Part shown: positions 17,283-26,485 of the stretch, in pieces
How positions within the stretch are numbered: position 1 is the first letter of the stretch
How the letters are laid out: each line of letters opens with the position of its first letter
Source: a virus
Reading direction: 5' to 3' (one strand)
IMG/VR virus record: IMGVR_UViG_3300014202_000270
DNA length: 64,000 nucleotides
The notes under the pieces: model-generated
Told to the model about the DNA's origin: nothing
What the model saw: only the letters and a program-made list of their open reading frames with translations
Database searches by the model: none
Translations under genes and position numbers: made by a program

Positions 17283-17709
17283 GTAAACATTTATTATGGG
17301 TTAGAATAACGTTATAATCTTTAACTTCTATAAGATTTGTAATGGTTTTTATAGAATATATTACGGTGCCATGGTTTTTACCTAAATAAAAAGCAATCTG
17401 TAATTTTTTATGACCTAAATCATAAGCAATCTTACAAAATATTTGTCTGTATAAAGCACCTCCTCGTTTTAGTGTTTTGATTGTTTCACCGGGATATTGT
17501 ATTTGAACTATATTGTTTATTGCTTGCTCTATTGTTTCTAGGGGTAGCTTTGTAACAATGTCTATTTTTTCTAATGTTGAAACCTGTATAGTAACATCAT
17601 ATATTTTAGAAATACGTTTACAAAATCTGGAGATTTCTTGATGTAAATCGTGGTAATAATTTGGATTCATTACCATTGTATCTGGTTTTTCTGTATTTTC
17701 AGTAGACAT
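17209..17709 (-). CDS. Protein with a DnaA C-terminal-like helix-turn-helix
   Basis: YRQIFCKIA...LQIAFYLGKNHGTVIYSIKTITNLI resembles DnaA domain IV (IG..F..RDHTTV.HA). Confidence 0.6.
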   Translation of the reverse strand: MSTENTEKPDTMVMNPNYYHDLHQEISRFCKRISKIYDVTIQVSTLEKIDIVTKLPLETIEQAINNIVQIQYPGETIKTLKRGGALYRQIFCKIAYDLGHKKLQIAFYLGKNHGTVIYSIKTITNLIEVKDYNVILTHNKCLHELKPQEQTYNTFSANSENVDNSE

Positions 17710-18380
17710 TCGTTTATCTTGTTGAATACATCCCCGGAATCCCAGTTCTCAAGTTTGTTATGAGCAGCAGATGCGGGATGTGAAGTTACTAACTTTTTAT
17801 TGTTGTCTGATACAGAATCCTGCCATTCACTAGCTTTTTTACCCATGTAAACATAGATAGTTTGAGGCTTGTGCCAATTGAGCATATCAAAGAGATAAGC
17901 TAAAAATGGTTGCCAGATAAGATAGTGTTGGCCTACTTTATTTACTGTAGTAGTAAGAGCAATGTTTAGTAACAATACTCCTTGATTAGACCATCTTGAC
18001 AAATCTGGTTGAAAATTCTGTTTCTCTTTGTATACAGTTCGCTCTATCTCTTTGAAGATATACTTTAGCGATGGCGGCACATGCTTAGAATCATTACTCA
18101 CAGAAAAAGCTTTACCATCCGCTACCCCTACATAGGGATAAGGATCCTGTCCAATCATGACTACACTTAACTTGTCATAAGGACAATCATAAAAAGCACT
18201 AAACATTTTACTAAGAGAAGGAGTAAATCTTCTGCCCTCTTTAGTTTCTTGTTCTAGCTTTAATAGGATTTTGGTAAACTCATCACTGTAAATAAAGTGT
18301 CTAAGTACTGTTGCCCAACCAGACGGTTCTAATTTTGCGTGTAATTTGTCTCGTATAGAATCTATATCTATATTTGTCAT
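17670..18380 (-). CDS. ung: Uracil-DNA glycosylase (family 1)
   Basis: GQDPY, VPPSL, QGVLLLN, SHPAS. Confidence 0.92.
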   Translation of the reverse strand: MTNIDIDSIRDKLHAKLEPSGWATVLRHFIYSDEFTKILLKLEQETKEGRRFTPSLSKMFSAFYDCPYDKLSVVMIGQDPYPYVGVADGKAFSVSNDSKHVPPSLKYIFKEIERTVYKEKQNFQPDLSRWSNQGVLLLNIALTTTVNKVGQHYLIWQPFLAYLFDMLNWHKPQTIYVYMGKKASEWQDSVSDNNKKLVTSHPASAAHNKLENWDSGDVFNKINECLLKIQKNQIQW

Positions 18381-18400
18381 AAACTTTAAACATTTAAATT

Positions 18401-18724
18401 ATGGCTGTTACAGTTAAGGAACTTCAAGATGACCATTTGGTATCAATTAAAATCAGTGGATTTTTTTATAAGCGTGTAAAATCTATGCTTTTTCGTCAGT
18501 TAAATAAACTTGATCCAGAGATTGTAAAAGAGTTTTTGAATCCACAAGCATCAGAAAAGTCTCCTGAGTTTTACAACAGTAATCCAGAAGCTTTTGATAT
18601 TCAAACACTTTTCATTTTGCTCAGTGAAATTGAGAATGCTTCTGTAGAACAAAAGCAGTTTAATGAGAAAGAAATTCTAGAGCCAGGAGACGAGGGATAT
18701 GTAGAACCAACTAGTGAAGGCTAA
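18401..18724 (+). CDS. Hypothetical protein; lone plus-strand gene in the minus-strand arm
   Basis: 107-aa ORF divergent from ung; TATATTTG at 18369-18376. Confidence 0.65.
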   Translation: MAVTVKELQDDHLVSIKISGFFYKRVKSMLFRQLNKLDPEIVKEFLNPQASEKSPEFYNSNPEAFDIQTLFILLSEIENASVEQKQFNEKEILEPGDEGYVEPTSEG

Positions 18725-19097
18725 AACCTACTATATCTCCAATTTCTAGGCAGGCATTAATAGCCATACCGAGTTCTATTTTAGAACAGGCTGCAAAAGA
18801 TTTGCACACTTTTACTTGAGAGCCGTTTAGGTCTTTAACAAGACATAAACCGGCTTTTTCTTTTACCTCATATTTCATCTCCTCGAAAGTGTAACCCAGG
18901 AAATTTGCTAGTTCTCTTATCATAGCATGAACTTTAGCAAGCTGGGCTACACTCCCATCAGATTTAACGGCTTCTACATAGATTTCAATTGTGGCACCCT
19001 CGGGCAGGTTCTTTAAAAACAGATCATACTTTAATTTCTCAGCATGATCAGAGTATACAAGCTTTCCATTTTCTTTCTTAAGAACGCCGTGAAACAT
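18711..19097 (-). CDS. Hypothetical protein (possibly NinB-like)
   Basis: AQLAKVHAMIRELANFLGYTFEEMK. Confidence 0.5.
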   Translation of the reverse strand: MFHGVLKKENGKLVYSDHAEKLKYDLFLKNLPEGATIEIYVEAVKSDGSVAQLAKVHAMIRELANFLGYTFEEMKYEVKEKAGLCLVKDLNGSQVKVCKSFAACSKIELGMAINACLEIGDIVGFSLH

Positions 19098-19351
19098 TAT
19101 TTGTTAGGTTTATCTATTTTGTGATCTACAGTAATGATATTCAGAGTAAATCCTAACCAGCTGATCACAATCTCTCTTCTTTTTTCTAAGATTTGTGTGC
19201 AGAAAGGATCTTTACACTTTCTGGTATTGATGCATCCTTTCAGGCAGGATTCAACTTTACTAGGATTTTTACGCACGATCTGCGTATGTGGAATAAGATT
19301 AATGTGTTGGTAACTTTCTTTCCACCCGTTTACAAAAGTAATTGTAGTCAT
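19097..19351 (-). CDS. Hypothetical protein
   Basis: 84-aa ORF. Confidence 0.45.
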   Translation of the reverse strand: MTTITFVNGWKESYQHINLIPHTQIVRKNPSKVESCLKGCINTRKCKDPFCTQILEKRREIVISWLGFTLNIITVDHKIDKPNK

Positions 19352-19377
19352 AGTTTTTCTTCAAAGATATTAAGTTT

Positions 19378-20001
19378 TTAGTAAATGTATTTGCCTACCA
19401 AAACGGTTTGGCCTTGGGGGTTGGTTGTGGTTTTTGGTTCATCTTGATGAAACTCAGGCATTTGTTTTGTAGTCCATTCACACTCAAACCCAACAGGCAT
19501 CTTTGGTTGTTGTAGGGATTGGATGATTTCATCCTCATCTATAATAAGTTCACCATAAGATTCCTTTAGTTCTTTATTACAGACAAGTATTGTTTTATCA
19601 ATAGCCTTTCTCAAATCTTCCCCTGTGTACTTATACTTCTCTTTGGCTTTGTTGTAGCCCCAAGTCGCACCAAATTCAAACCCTACCAACTGCCCATCAT
19701 TATATTGACCATCATCAAGATGTTTCGTGTATGGTAGCTTTTCTAATTCGGCTAGAAGTCCTTGCTCCCACACTTCTTCATTATCATCTTCAAGTGGTGG
19801 CAAAAGGGGTACAAATTCAAGAACAGGTGAGTTGTTGAGCGGTAGGTGGGCTGTGATTTTTTTAGCTTCATTAACGGGTTTAACACTTATATACTCTGCA
19901 ATTATGTTAGCATCATTTAAGTAAAACCAATCATTTACTTTAATCTCTAAATCATTTACCACCAGCAGATAGTTTTCCGTTTTGATAATGTTGTGTGTCA
20001 T
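19378..20001 (-). CDS. Hypothetical modular phage protein
   Basis: 207-aa ORF. Confidence 0.65.
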   Translation of the reverse strand: MTHNIIKTENYLLVVNDLEIKVNDWFYLNDANIIAEYISVKPVNEAKKITAHLPLNNSPVLEFVPLLPPLEDDNEEVWEQGLLAELEKLPYTKHLDDGQYNDGQLVGFEFGATWGYNKAKEKYKYTGEDLRKAIDKTILVCNKELKESYGELIIDEDEIIQSLQQPKMPVGFECEWTTKQMPEFHQDEPKTTTNPQGQTVLVGKYIY

Positions 20002-20002
20002 A

Positions 20003-20917
20003 TTATTTCTTTTTAAATTGTTTAAACACTTTTCTAACTATTAAGTCAGTTGTATGAGTAATACAACATTCTTCTTTTTTATGATTAAGTGCTTCAAATA
20101 ACATATCTTTAACTTCTTCCTCACTATACATTCTTTCAGCTTGCTTGATAAGTTGTTCTGTTAATTCAGCTCTACCATAAAAACAATTATCACAACCACA
20201 CTTTGTTGGTTCCCTTGTTAAATCATCTTCATCATAAGGAAAGTAATCAGGATTCCTTTTATCATGTACACAGAGTCGTGATAAATCTATTTCAGCAGCT
20301 TCTTCAAGCGTTTCTTGTTTAGGTTCTTCATTTTTTATAAACCATTTATCACCTCTTTTTATAAAAAATAAATTAGGATTATAAATTATATCCCCATTGC
20401 CTAAATATTCGACATTTCCCATATTTAAAACATCAAGAATACTACTTGATTCAAAATCTTTTAGTTCTAATTCTTGTTTAGGTTCTTCTTGTGGGATTAT
20501 GATTTTGTAATCAAGAAAATTGTAACCCCAAGCAGTTCCATCTGCAAAACCTTTTTTTACCTCAACACTCTCACAACTTGGATTCTTGACAAACCATTCT
20601 AAAAACTCATCATCAATAGGTTGTACCCCTTCTGCGATTAGGTCTTGGTCTGTTGTTAGGATGATTTTTTTATATATAGTATGATAACCATTTAATAATA
20701 ATCCTTCTTTTTTAAAACATTTTAATACATTATTATTTTGAAAACAATAAAACCAATCTCCTTCTTTAATTTCTTCATCAGAAGTAATGTAGATATGTTG
20801 GTTTGTTATATGTTTACTACTATATCCTTCTATATCACTATAATTTAATTCATTACAAGAATTATCTATACATAATCTACTCGGTTTATCTGTTGGTAAT
20901 ATGTGTATGTTTTTCAT
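20003..20917 (-). CDS. Hypothetical modular phage protein with repeated EEPKQE module
   Basis: 304 aa; 18-bp direct repeat at 20312-20329 and 20471-20488. Confidence 0.7.
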   Translation of the reverse strand: MKNIHILPTDKPSRLCIDNSCNELNYSDIEGYSSKHITNQHIYITSDEEIKEGDWFYCFQNNNVLKCFKKEGLLLNGYHTIYKKIILTTDQDLIAEGVQPIDDEFLEWFVKNPSCESVEVKKGFADGTAWGYNFLDYKIIIPQEEPKQELELKDFESSSILDVLNMGNVEYLGNGDIIYNPNLFFIKRGDKWFIKNEEPKQETLEEAAEIDLSRLCVHDKRNPDYFPYDEDDLTREPTKCGCDNCFYGRAELTEQLIKQAERMYSEEEVKDMLFEALNHKKEECCITHTTDLIVRKVFKQFKKK

Positions 20918-21081
20918 AAGTTATTTGTTAAAGGTTTCATTGTAGTATTGTTCTGCTGACATGCATCAATAATAGGTTTAGGTGTACATACATGACCATC
21001 ACTCCATTTAATACCTGGAGGAGGTGTTAATTCTGGTGAGCTGTACTTGGTACCACACTCACTACATATAAATTTATTCAC
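20914..21081 (-). CDS. Small Cys-containing hypothetical protein (55 aa, GTG start)
   Basis: Hand translation MNKFICSECGTKYSSPELTPPPGIKWSDGHVC... Confidence 0.45.
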   Translation of the reverse strand: MNKFICSECGTKYSSPELTPPPGIKWSDGHVCTPKPIIDACQQNNTTMKPLTNNL

Positions 21082-21085
21082 TGTT

Positions 21086-21214
21086 TTATTTTTTAGTAAT
21101 CATTCTCCAAAAGTCTGGCACAGCTTTAAACCAGAATAGATAGAGCATTACAATTACACACGTAGCTACTGTTATACCTAGTATAACCAATAGTATTCCT
21201 CCTAATATTTTCAT
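21086..21214 (-). CDS. Small membrane protein (42 aa)
   Basis: Hand translation MKILGGILLVILGITVATCVIVMLYLFWFK... Confidence 0.5.
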   Translation of the reverse strand: MKILGGILLVILGITVATCVIVMLYLFWFKAVPDFWRMITKK

Positions 21215-21266
21215 AGTTTTTGTTGTTTAACAATTTTAATAAGGTTTTTAAGACATTCAAGTTCTG

Positions 21267-21917
21267 CTAAAGATATTTAAATATAAATCCATTTACATAT
21301 TTATAACATATTCCTCTACAACATTTTGATATAGAGCCAGTATCTATATTAAGTTCTCTAGATGCCTGTCTTAATGATTCAAATTCTTTTATTAGATTAT
21401 CATCTTTATCATATTGACCAACCTTTTTTCTAAGTTTTACAGAGTGCTTATATCTTTCATTTTCATCTTGGTATCTTTTTTTATGTGCTTCTGATATGGC
21501 CTTACCAGAGTTAGGTCTTTTTTTACCAATCATACTTTTTGATATGGTATCTTTTTCTTCTTGTGTTCTTTTTCTTCCAGTTAAAGAGTTTTTAATCTTA
21601 GTTTTAGTATATTCATTATGACCTACACCATCACCACCTTCTGATAGGTTACAAAGAGATTCTATACCATAAAAAGAAATCCAATACTTTTCTCTTTCAA
21701 CCCAATTATCTTCACATTCTTCTATAACTTCCATTATAGGAAGAAGATTGTTCGATAACAGCTTTAGTATCCAAGCCGCTAATTTTTTACTAGCAGTTTT
21801 TTCTAGACATTTTTTACTCTTATGTTGATGCCACCTTCTTTTTAAATTAGTTGTTTTACCAACATATTTAATCTCAAGTGTCTCAGGATGCTTTAATATG
21901 TATATGTATGTTTTCAT
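21267..21917 (-). CDS. Free-standing GIY-YIG homing endonuclease with NUMOD3/NUMOD1-like DNA-binding repeats
   Basis: YIYILK...KYVGKT..RW.QH; NLSEGGDG; KKVGQYDKDDNLIKEFESL. Confidence 0.85.
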   Translation of the reverse strand: MKTYIYILKHPETLEIKYVGKTTNLKRRWHQHKSKKCLEKTASKKLAAWILKLLSNNLLPIMEVIEECEDNWVEREKYWISFYGIESLCNLSEGGDGVGHNEYTKTKIKNSLTGRKRTQEEKDTISKSMIGKKRPNSGKAISEAHKKRYQDENERYKHSVKLRKKVGQYDKDDNLIKEFESLRQASRELNIDTGSISKCCRGICYKYVNGFIFKYL

Positions 21918-21936
21918 AAACTATATACCACAAAAA

Positions 21937-22254
21937 TCATACCAACGAGCATTTAGATGACAGTCTGTCTATTAATTCTTTTAGTAAAATAATCTGTGAT
22001 TCTTCATCTAGTGGCATCACTCCATTTATTTCAAGCTTCTGATATAACCATCTAAATGCTTGTTGGTAAAGTGGGGTTGAAATTACTGTTACGCTACACC
22101 ACTCAATAAATTCGTCAGGATGAGTTTGGAAGTTATAGATAAAACTATTGTTTTGTTCATCCACATAATACATGCAAGGTTCATCAAAACCAAGTTCTTT
22201 AAGTTCTAATGCTTGTTCGTAAGGCACAAAGTCCTTTTCATAGTTTTCAGTCAT
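21937..22254 (-). CDS. Hypothetical protein (FVPYEQALELKELGFDEPC type)
   Basis: 105-aa ORF. Confidence 0.65.
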   Translation of the reverse strand: MTENYEKDFVPYEQALELKELGFDEPCMYYVDEQNNSFIYNFQTHPDEFIEWCSVTVISTPLYQQAFRWLYQKLEINGVMPLDEESQIILLKELIDRLSSKCSLV

Positions 22255-22265
22255 AAGTTTTATTG

Positions 22266-22517
22266 TTAAGGATGAATGATTACTCCGTTTGGATAATAAC
22301 TTTGTTCTATTGAGGTTATATAATCACTTACTGATTCCCAACTTTCTTCAACAGGAAGTATTGTTGCTGATGATAGGATTTTTTTTAAACAATAAAGATG
22401 CCCCTGTATATTACCTTCAAGATGTAAATCTTGTGTAGCATAAGTATAATCTTCAAGTTCAGCTATTTTAGCTTCAATCTCTTGTTTACCTTCTTGTGTT
22501 AAATAGATTCCTTTCAT
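22266..22517 (-). CDS. Hypothetical protein
   Basis: 83-aa ORF. Confidence 0.6.
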   Translation of the reverse strand: MKGIYLTQEGKQEIEAKIAELEDYTYATQDLHLEGNIQGHLYCLKKILSSATILPVEESWESVSDYITSIEQSYYPNGVIIHP

Positions 22518-22840
22518 AATTCTTTGTTGTTATAAAGTTTAGCAAAATCAGATACAACTACAAAGACATCTTCAATATTACTATATAATGGATATCTTTC
22601 AATTGTAGTCCAATATCTGTCTTTACTTTCAAAGTCTTTCTTTAAAAATTGAATTGCTTCCATAAGCCAATCATAATTTACATGAAAACATAGCTGCTCT
22701 TGATGATGTCTTTCACTAACACCATATGTGAAGTTATTCCACATTTTATTTTTGAAAATATAACGTAAACTTTCTTCATCATATTTACATATCATTTTAG
22801 CGATTTCTATATTACGTTCTTGTATTTCTTGTTGTGTCAT
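22514..22840 (-). CDS. Hypothetical protein
   Basis: 108-aa ORF. Confidence 0.6.
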   Translation of the reverse strand: MTQQEIQERNIEIAKMICKYDEESLRYIFKNKMWNNFTYGVSERHHQEQLCFHVNYDWLMEAIQFLKKDFESKDRYWTTIERYPLYSNIEDVFVVVSDFAKLYNNKEL

Positions 22841-23007
22841 ATCAATTCAATCTTAACATTGGGTTTAGGATACTTAATTCTTATTGTAGAATCTGGATTT
22901 AATGTTCCTACTACAATCATATATTTCCCTTGTACATATGCTCCTTTGGCTTGATATTCTAAACCAAAAGGTGTGGGAAAATCTCCTTTGATTATTGTAA
23001 CTTTCAT
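22837..23007 (-). CDS. Small hypothetical protein (56 aa)
   Basis: Hand translation MKVTIIKGDFPTPFGLEY...; fills the gap with an ATGA overlap. Confidence 0.5.
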   Translation of the reverse strand: MKVTIIKGDFPTPFGLEYQAKGAYVQGKYMIVVGTLNPDSTIRIKYPKPNVKIELI

Positions 23008-23012
23008 TCCAT

Positions 23013-23396
23013 TCATAATATTTCTTTTAAAATGTAATCAAATGCTGCTGAGTACGCTTCTTGGGGTGTATTGAATATTTTAGAACTTGAGGTATATCCT
23101 ACACCGTTATAGTAGAAGTACAGCCATTTATTTTTTTGTTCTTCTTTGCAGTAAATCCAAATACCATATTTAACTCTTAGCCATTCAACCACTTGCCATT
23201 CTTCAGGTCTTGAAAACAATTCAACTTCATCCATGTGATCTTCTATTCTTTTATTCCAATTTGTCCCGGGAATATCTGAACCAATAGAGATATGATTATT
23301 TACTAATCCGTAATGATATGTACACTCTACATCAAATCCTTTTTCTTTAAGAAGTTTAGCTTGTTCAAAGGTTACATATGTTGGTACTATACTCAT
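23013..23396 (-). CDS. Hypothetical protein, tandem paralogue of 23393-23779
   Basis: Shared PTYVT.EQAK.LKEK.F, PE.WQVVEWLRV..GIWI and FN.PQEAYSAAFDYIL. Confidence 0.75.
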   Translation of the reverse strand: MSIVPTYVTFEQAKLLKEKGFDVECTYHYGLVNNHISIGSDIPGTNWNKRIEDHMDEVELFSRPEEWQVVEWLRVKYGIWIYCKEEQKNKWLYFYYNGVGYTSSSKIFNTPQEAYSAAFDYILKEIL

Positions 23397-23779
23397 AATT
23401 TTGCTAAAATGTAATCAAATGCTGCTGAATATGCTTCTTGTGGTGAGTTAAAATCACCATCTTTAAGCCTTGTATTATCTTTTCTCTTAATTTGAAAGAA
23501 GTATTTTTGGAATAAATCTGTTTCAATAACTTCAATCCAAATACCATGATTAACTCTTAACCATTCAACTACTTGCCATTGTTCAGGTGCTGAAATGTAT
23601 CCAATTAACATTTTATGCATTGGAGTATCCCCAATTGTAGTTTGAGAATGGTTTTTATACTCTCCTGTATAAAAGTTTAACCCACTATAATAAGCATAAG
23701 TAGGTAAATCAAATTCTTTCTCTTTAAGCCATTTAGCTTGTTCACGGGTGACGTATGTTGGTTTTATTTCTTGTGTCAT
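23393..23779 (-). CDS. Hypothetical protein, tandem paralogue of 23013-23396
   Basis: Same shared motifs. Confidence 0.75.
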   Translation of the reverse strand: MTQEIKPTYVTREQAKWLKEKEFDLPTYAYYSGLNFYTGEYKNHSQTTIGDTPMHKMLIGYISAPEQWQVVEWLRVNHGIWIEVIETDLFQKYFFQIKRKDNTRLKDGDFNSPQEAYSAAFDYILAKL

Positions 23780-24321
23780 AACTTATTTTTAAAGTATAGT
23801 TTTGAGTAATAAAAACTTCTTGGTTCATATGTTTCACTACCGCCAACTTGAAAGTGTTCTGTCTTTTCTTTAGCTATTGTGTAATAAGCATCTTGGCTGG
23901 TGATAGGACACACCGCGGGACAGATCTCTATCTTTGTGGCATAGGGTAAAATCTCTTTTATCTCATCAAAAGGCTCACCTTCTGCTGATAATTGAATACT
24001 ACTTACGTATATAGTCTTACCTTGTTTGAACAGCGTTAATAACGCTTGAGATAAACCTTGGATTAGAAATGCTTCATCTACAGCAATGATGTCATAATCT
24101 TTGCTGTTAGTTAAGATGTCATCTCCGGTAACAACGGTTTTACATTCCCAGGATAAACCACTATGGGTTAATACATGATCTAGAGAGTATCTAGAATCTA
24201 TCTTGGGTTTGTAAAGAATAATCTTTTTCTTTTGGTATCGCGCTCTTTCTAGCACGGATAATAACCTAGTGGTTTTACCGCCAAACATGGGGCCGGTAAA
24301 TATTACAAATTCAGGAAACAT
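23776..24321 (-). CDS. tdk: Thymidine kinase
   Basis: GPMFGGKTT, KPKIDSRY, IAVDEAF, GGSETYEPR. Confidence 0.9.
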   Translation of the reverse strand: MFPEFVIFTGPMFGGKTTRLLSVLERARYQKKKIILYKPKIDSRYSLDHVLTHSGLSWECKTVVTGDDILTNSKDYDIIAVDEAFLIQGLSQALLTLFKQGKTIYVSSIQLSAEGEPFDEIKEILPYATKIEICPAVCPITSQDAYYTIAKEKTEHFQVGGSETYEPRSFYYSKLYFKNKL

Positions 24322-24371
24322 AAGCTTTGGGTTAATGCGCCCTCCTTATAAACAGGAGGGCGCTAATTAAA

Positions 24372-24728
24372 TTACCAGGAAATCTTCCACAAACCCCAGA
24401 AGATACTAATGGTTCTTTTTGTTGGAGTAATTCCTTTTTTAGTATTTCTACTTTTTTTCATAGTTCTTGATTTAGCATTTTCAACGTCAATGTAACTTTG
24501 ATAAGTCCTTGCTAAAGCAATAGATGGTGTAGAGTTTCTACCAATCACAATCTTATCATTTTCTTTCTTGATAAGGTTGTTTTTAAATAGAAAGCCTATT
24601 AATCTAGAATCGCATTTCATCTCGGCTCTAAGATCTTTAGCATTTTTTACATCATTTTGCTCAATGTGCTCGTAAATTCTCTTGATTAGCTCAAGTTTCT
24701 TTTTTGTTGCTTTAACGTCTGTTGTCAT
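24372..24728 (-). CDS. Hypothetical basic protein
   Basis: 118-aa ORF. Confidence 0.6.
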   Translation of the reverse strand: MTTDVKATKKKLELIKRIYEHIEQNDVKNAKDLRAEMKCDSRLIGFLFKNNLIKKENDKIVIGRNSTPSIALARTYQSYIDVENAKSRTMKKSRNTKKGITPTKRTISIFWGLWKISW

Positions 24729-25141
24729 GGTTTTTGGTTTAAGAGATAAATAAAATAATCGTAGTCTTCAGATAAATCACCGTCTAGTGGTAGATCATCT
24801 AGTAAGTTATCAAACTTTAGTTTTTCAAGATTTGGTGAGTACCTTACCTTATCAATAAAGAGTTCAACCATGTTAAGTTCTTTATCTGTTTTTGCATTTT
24901 TGGCTCGCCCATAGAAATAAGCTATGAGTAAACCATGTAACATGTAAAAAGATGTTTTGGCTAGTTTTCCATATGTTAAAGGCTCCGTTTGAGTAATATA
25001 TTGTCCCCTTGCTGTAGTGACTACTTCATCAACGGTTACATCATACTTATGGAGCTTTTTAAAAAGCTTTTTTAATTTTATTAGCTCTTTAGGTGTACAG
25101 CTTAAAACACTAACTAGTATGTCTTTATTCTTTATCATCAT
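24725..25141 (-). CDS. Hypothetical protein
   Basis: 138-aa ORF. Confidence 0.6.
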   Translation of the reverse strand: MMIKNKDILVSVLSCTPKELIKLKKLFKKLHKYDVTVDEVVTTARGQYITQTEPLTYGKLAKTSFYMLHGLLIAYFYGRAKNAKTDKELNMVELFIDKVRYSPNLEKLKFDNLLDDLPLDGDLSEDYDYFIYLLNQKP

Positions 25142-25361
25142 TGTCGTAGCGATATTCTTGTATACATGTTGGACACAGTTTTAATCCAGAAATTTCATCT
25201 TGAGACATCTCTGAAATGATTTCAGAATCACAATTAGGACAAAGATTTCTTTCAAAGTCTTTATCTGAGGTCCCCGGTGGTAAATTTGGTGAGTACATAG
25301 TTAAACAGTTATGATTTCTACTTTTGTTAAATCTAGGTGAGAAATGGCTTCGTTTACCCAC
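25125..25361 (-). CDS. Small zinc-ribbon protein (real start probably internal, MYSPN...)
   Basis: CPNC...CPTC. Confidence 0.45.
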   Translation of the reverse strand: MGKRSHFSPRFNKSRNHNCLTMYSPNLPPGTSDKDFERNLCPNCDSEIISEMSQDEISGLKLCPTCIQEYRYDNDDKE

Positions 25362-26389
25362 TTTTCATCTATGGTGTTAGCGTAACACAAAATGTGTATA
25401 GTTGCTGTTTGATCTGCAGATAGGCGTAACAATCGACCTATGCGCTGGCTAGATTTGCGCTCGTTACCATATGCATGCATAATAATCCCTTCTTTAAGAT
25501 TAGGGATATTAACACCTTCATTAAGCTGTAAGACACAAGATAACTTAGTTATATATCCATTCTTAAAATCTTCCAGGTTCTCTTCAGATTGGGGATTGTT
25601 AGAATGATAACTGTGGCTACACATCTTATCGGCCTGCTTTTGTGTGTTGGTAAAGAGAATGCATTTCTCCTGGCTGGCATTAAACAGCTTTTGAGCATAT
25701 TGTTCTTTGCTCGGGAACTCCATTAACGCCTTCATGCGCATTATACGCATGATCTGTTGTTGTTTAGGAGAATTAGCTGTGATTGTTGCCTGGGTCCAGT
25801 AATTATACTCTGCTAGTTCGCTAGTGTACCAAGATCGGCGGCCATCCTTGCTTGTCTTACAAACAGACTTATTAGGATTAAGCTTAAGCATATGAACTTT
25901 GATTCTATAATCGTTAAGAATCTCGTCTTTAACAGCGTCATCAGTAATATACCGATATATAATCGGGCAATAGCGTTCAACCATAATACCTTTCTCTGAA
26001 GATTTGTATTTAGGTGGTGTGCCTGTTAAGCCAATTACGGCGCCGGTATAGTTTGCTAACCAATCTTGGTGTGAAAATAACAAAGAGTGACACTCATCTA
26101 GGTAAACTACATCGTAATAAATACTCTGTTTATTCAAAGATAAGTATGTCGTAAAGCTTATGTGCTCAAGTAAATGCTCGAGGTTATGTTTTTTAGCTTC
26201 ATCTTTCCAAGATTGGAAAATACTCTTCTTTGGGGCAACTACTAAAACCGTTAGGTTCTCTGTATAAAGAGAATTTATGTGTTTTAACGCAATCAGTGTT
26301 TTACCTACGCCAACGCTTACAGCTAAACCAGCTTTCTTTTTTCCTTTTAAAGCTACCAGCGCTTCTTCTTGTATCTGATCTCGTGTCAT
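25301..26389 (-). CDS. Superfamily 2 helicase
   Basis: SVGVGKT, YLDECH, GLTGT, LNEGVNIP, QRIGRLLR. Confidence 0.88.
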   Translation of the reverse strand: MTRDQIQEEALVALKGKKKAGLAVSVGVGKTLIALKHINSLYTENLTVLVVAPKKSIFQSWKDEAKKHNLEHLLEHISFTTYLSLNKQSIYYDVVYLDECHSLLFSHQDWLANYTGAVIGLTGTPPKYKSSEKGIMVERYCPIIYRYITDDAVKDEILNDYRIKVHMLKLNPNKSVCKTSKDGRRSWYTSELAEYNYWTQATITANSPKQQQIMRIMRMKALMEFPSKEQYAQKLFNASQEKCILFTNTQKQADKMCSHSYHSNNPQSEENLEDFKNGYITKLSCVLQLNEGVNIPNLKEGIIMHAYGNERKSSQRIGRLLRLSADQTATIHILCYANTIDEKWVNEAISHLDLTKVEIITV

Positions 26390-26485
26390 TTAAACTATTT
26401 GTTATTGTAATAAGTGTAAATAAAAATGTTGCTAATACTACTAGTAAGTATATCAGTGAAAATACTATGTCATAGGTTGTGTAAT

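Noticed and set aside
19378-23779. Diversity-generating retroelement behind the repeated modules
   Set aside because: No reverse transcriptase in the window and no template/variable repeat pair differing only at adenines
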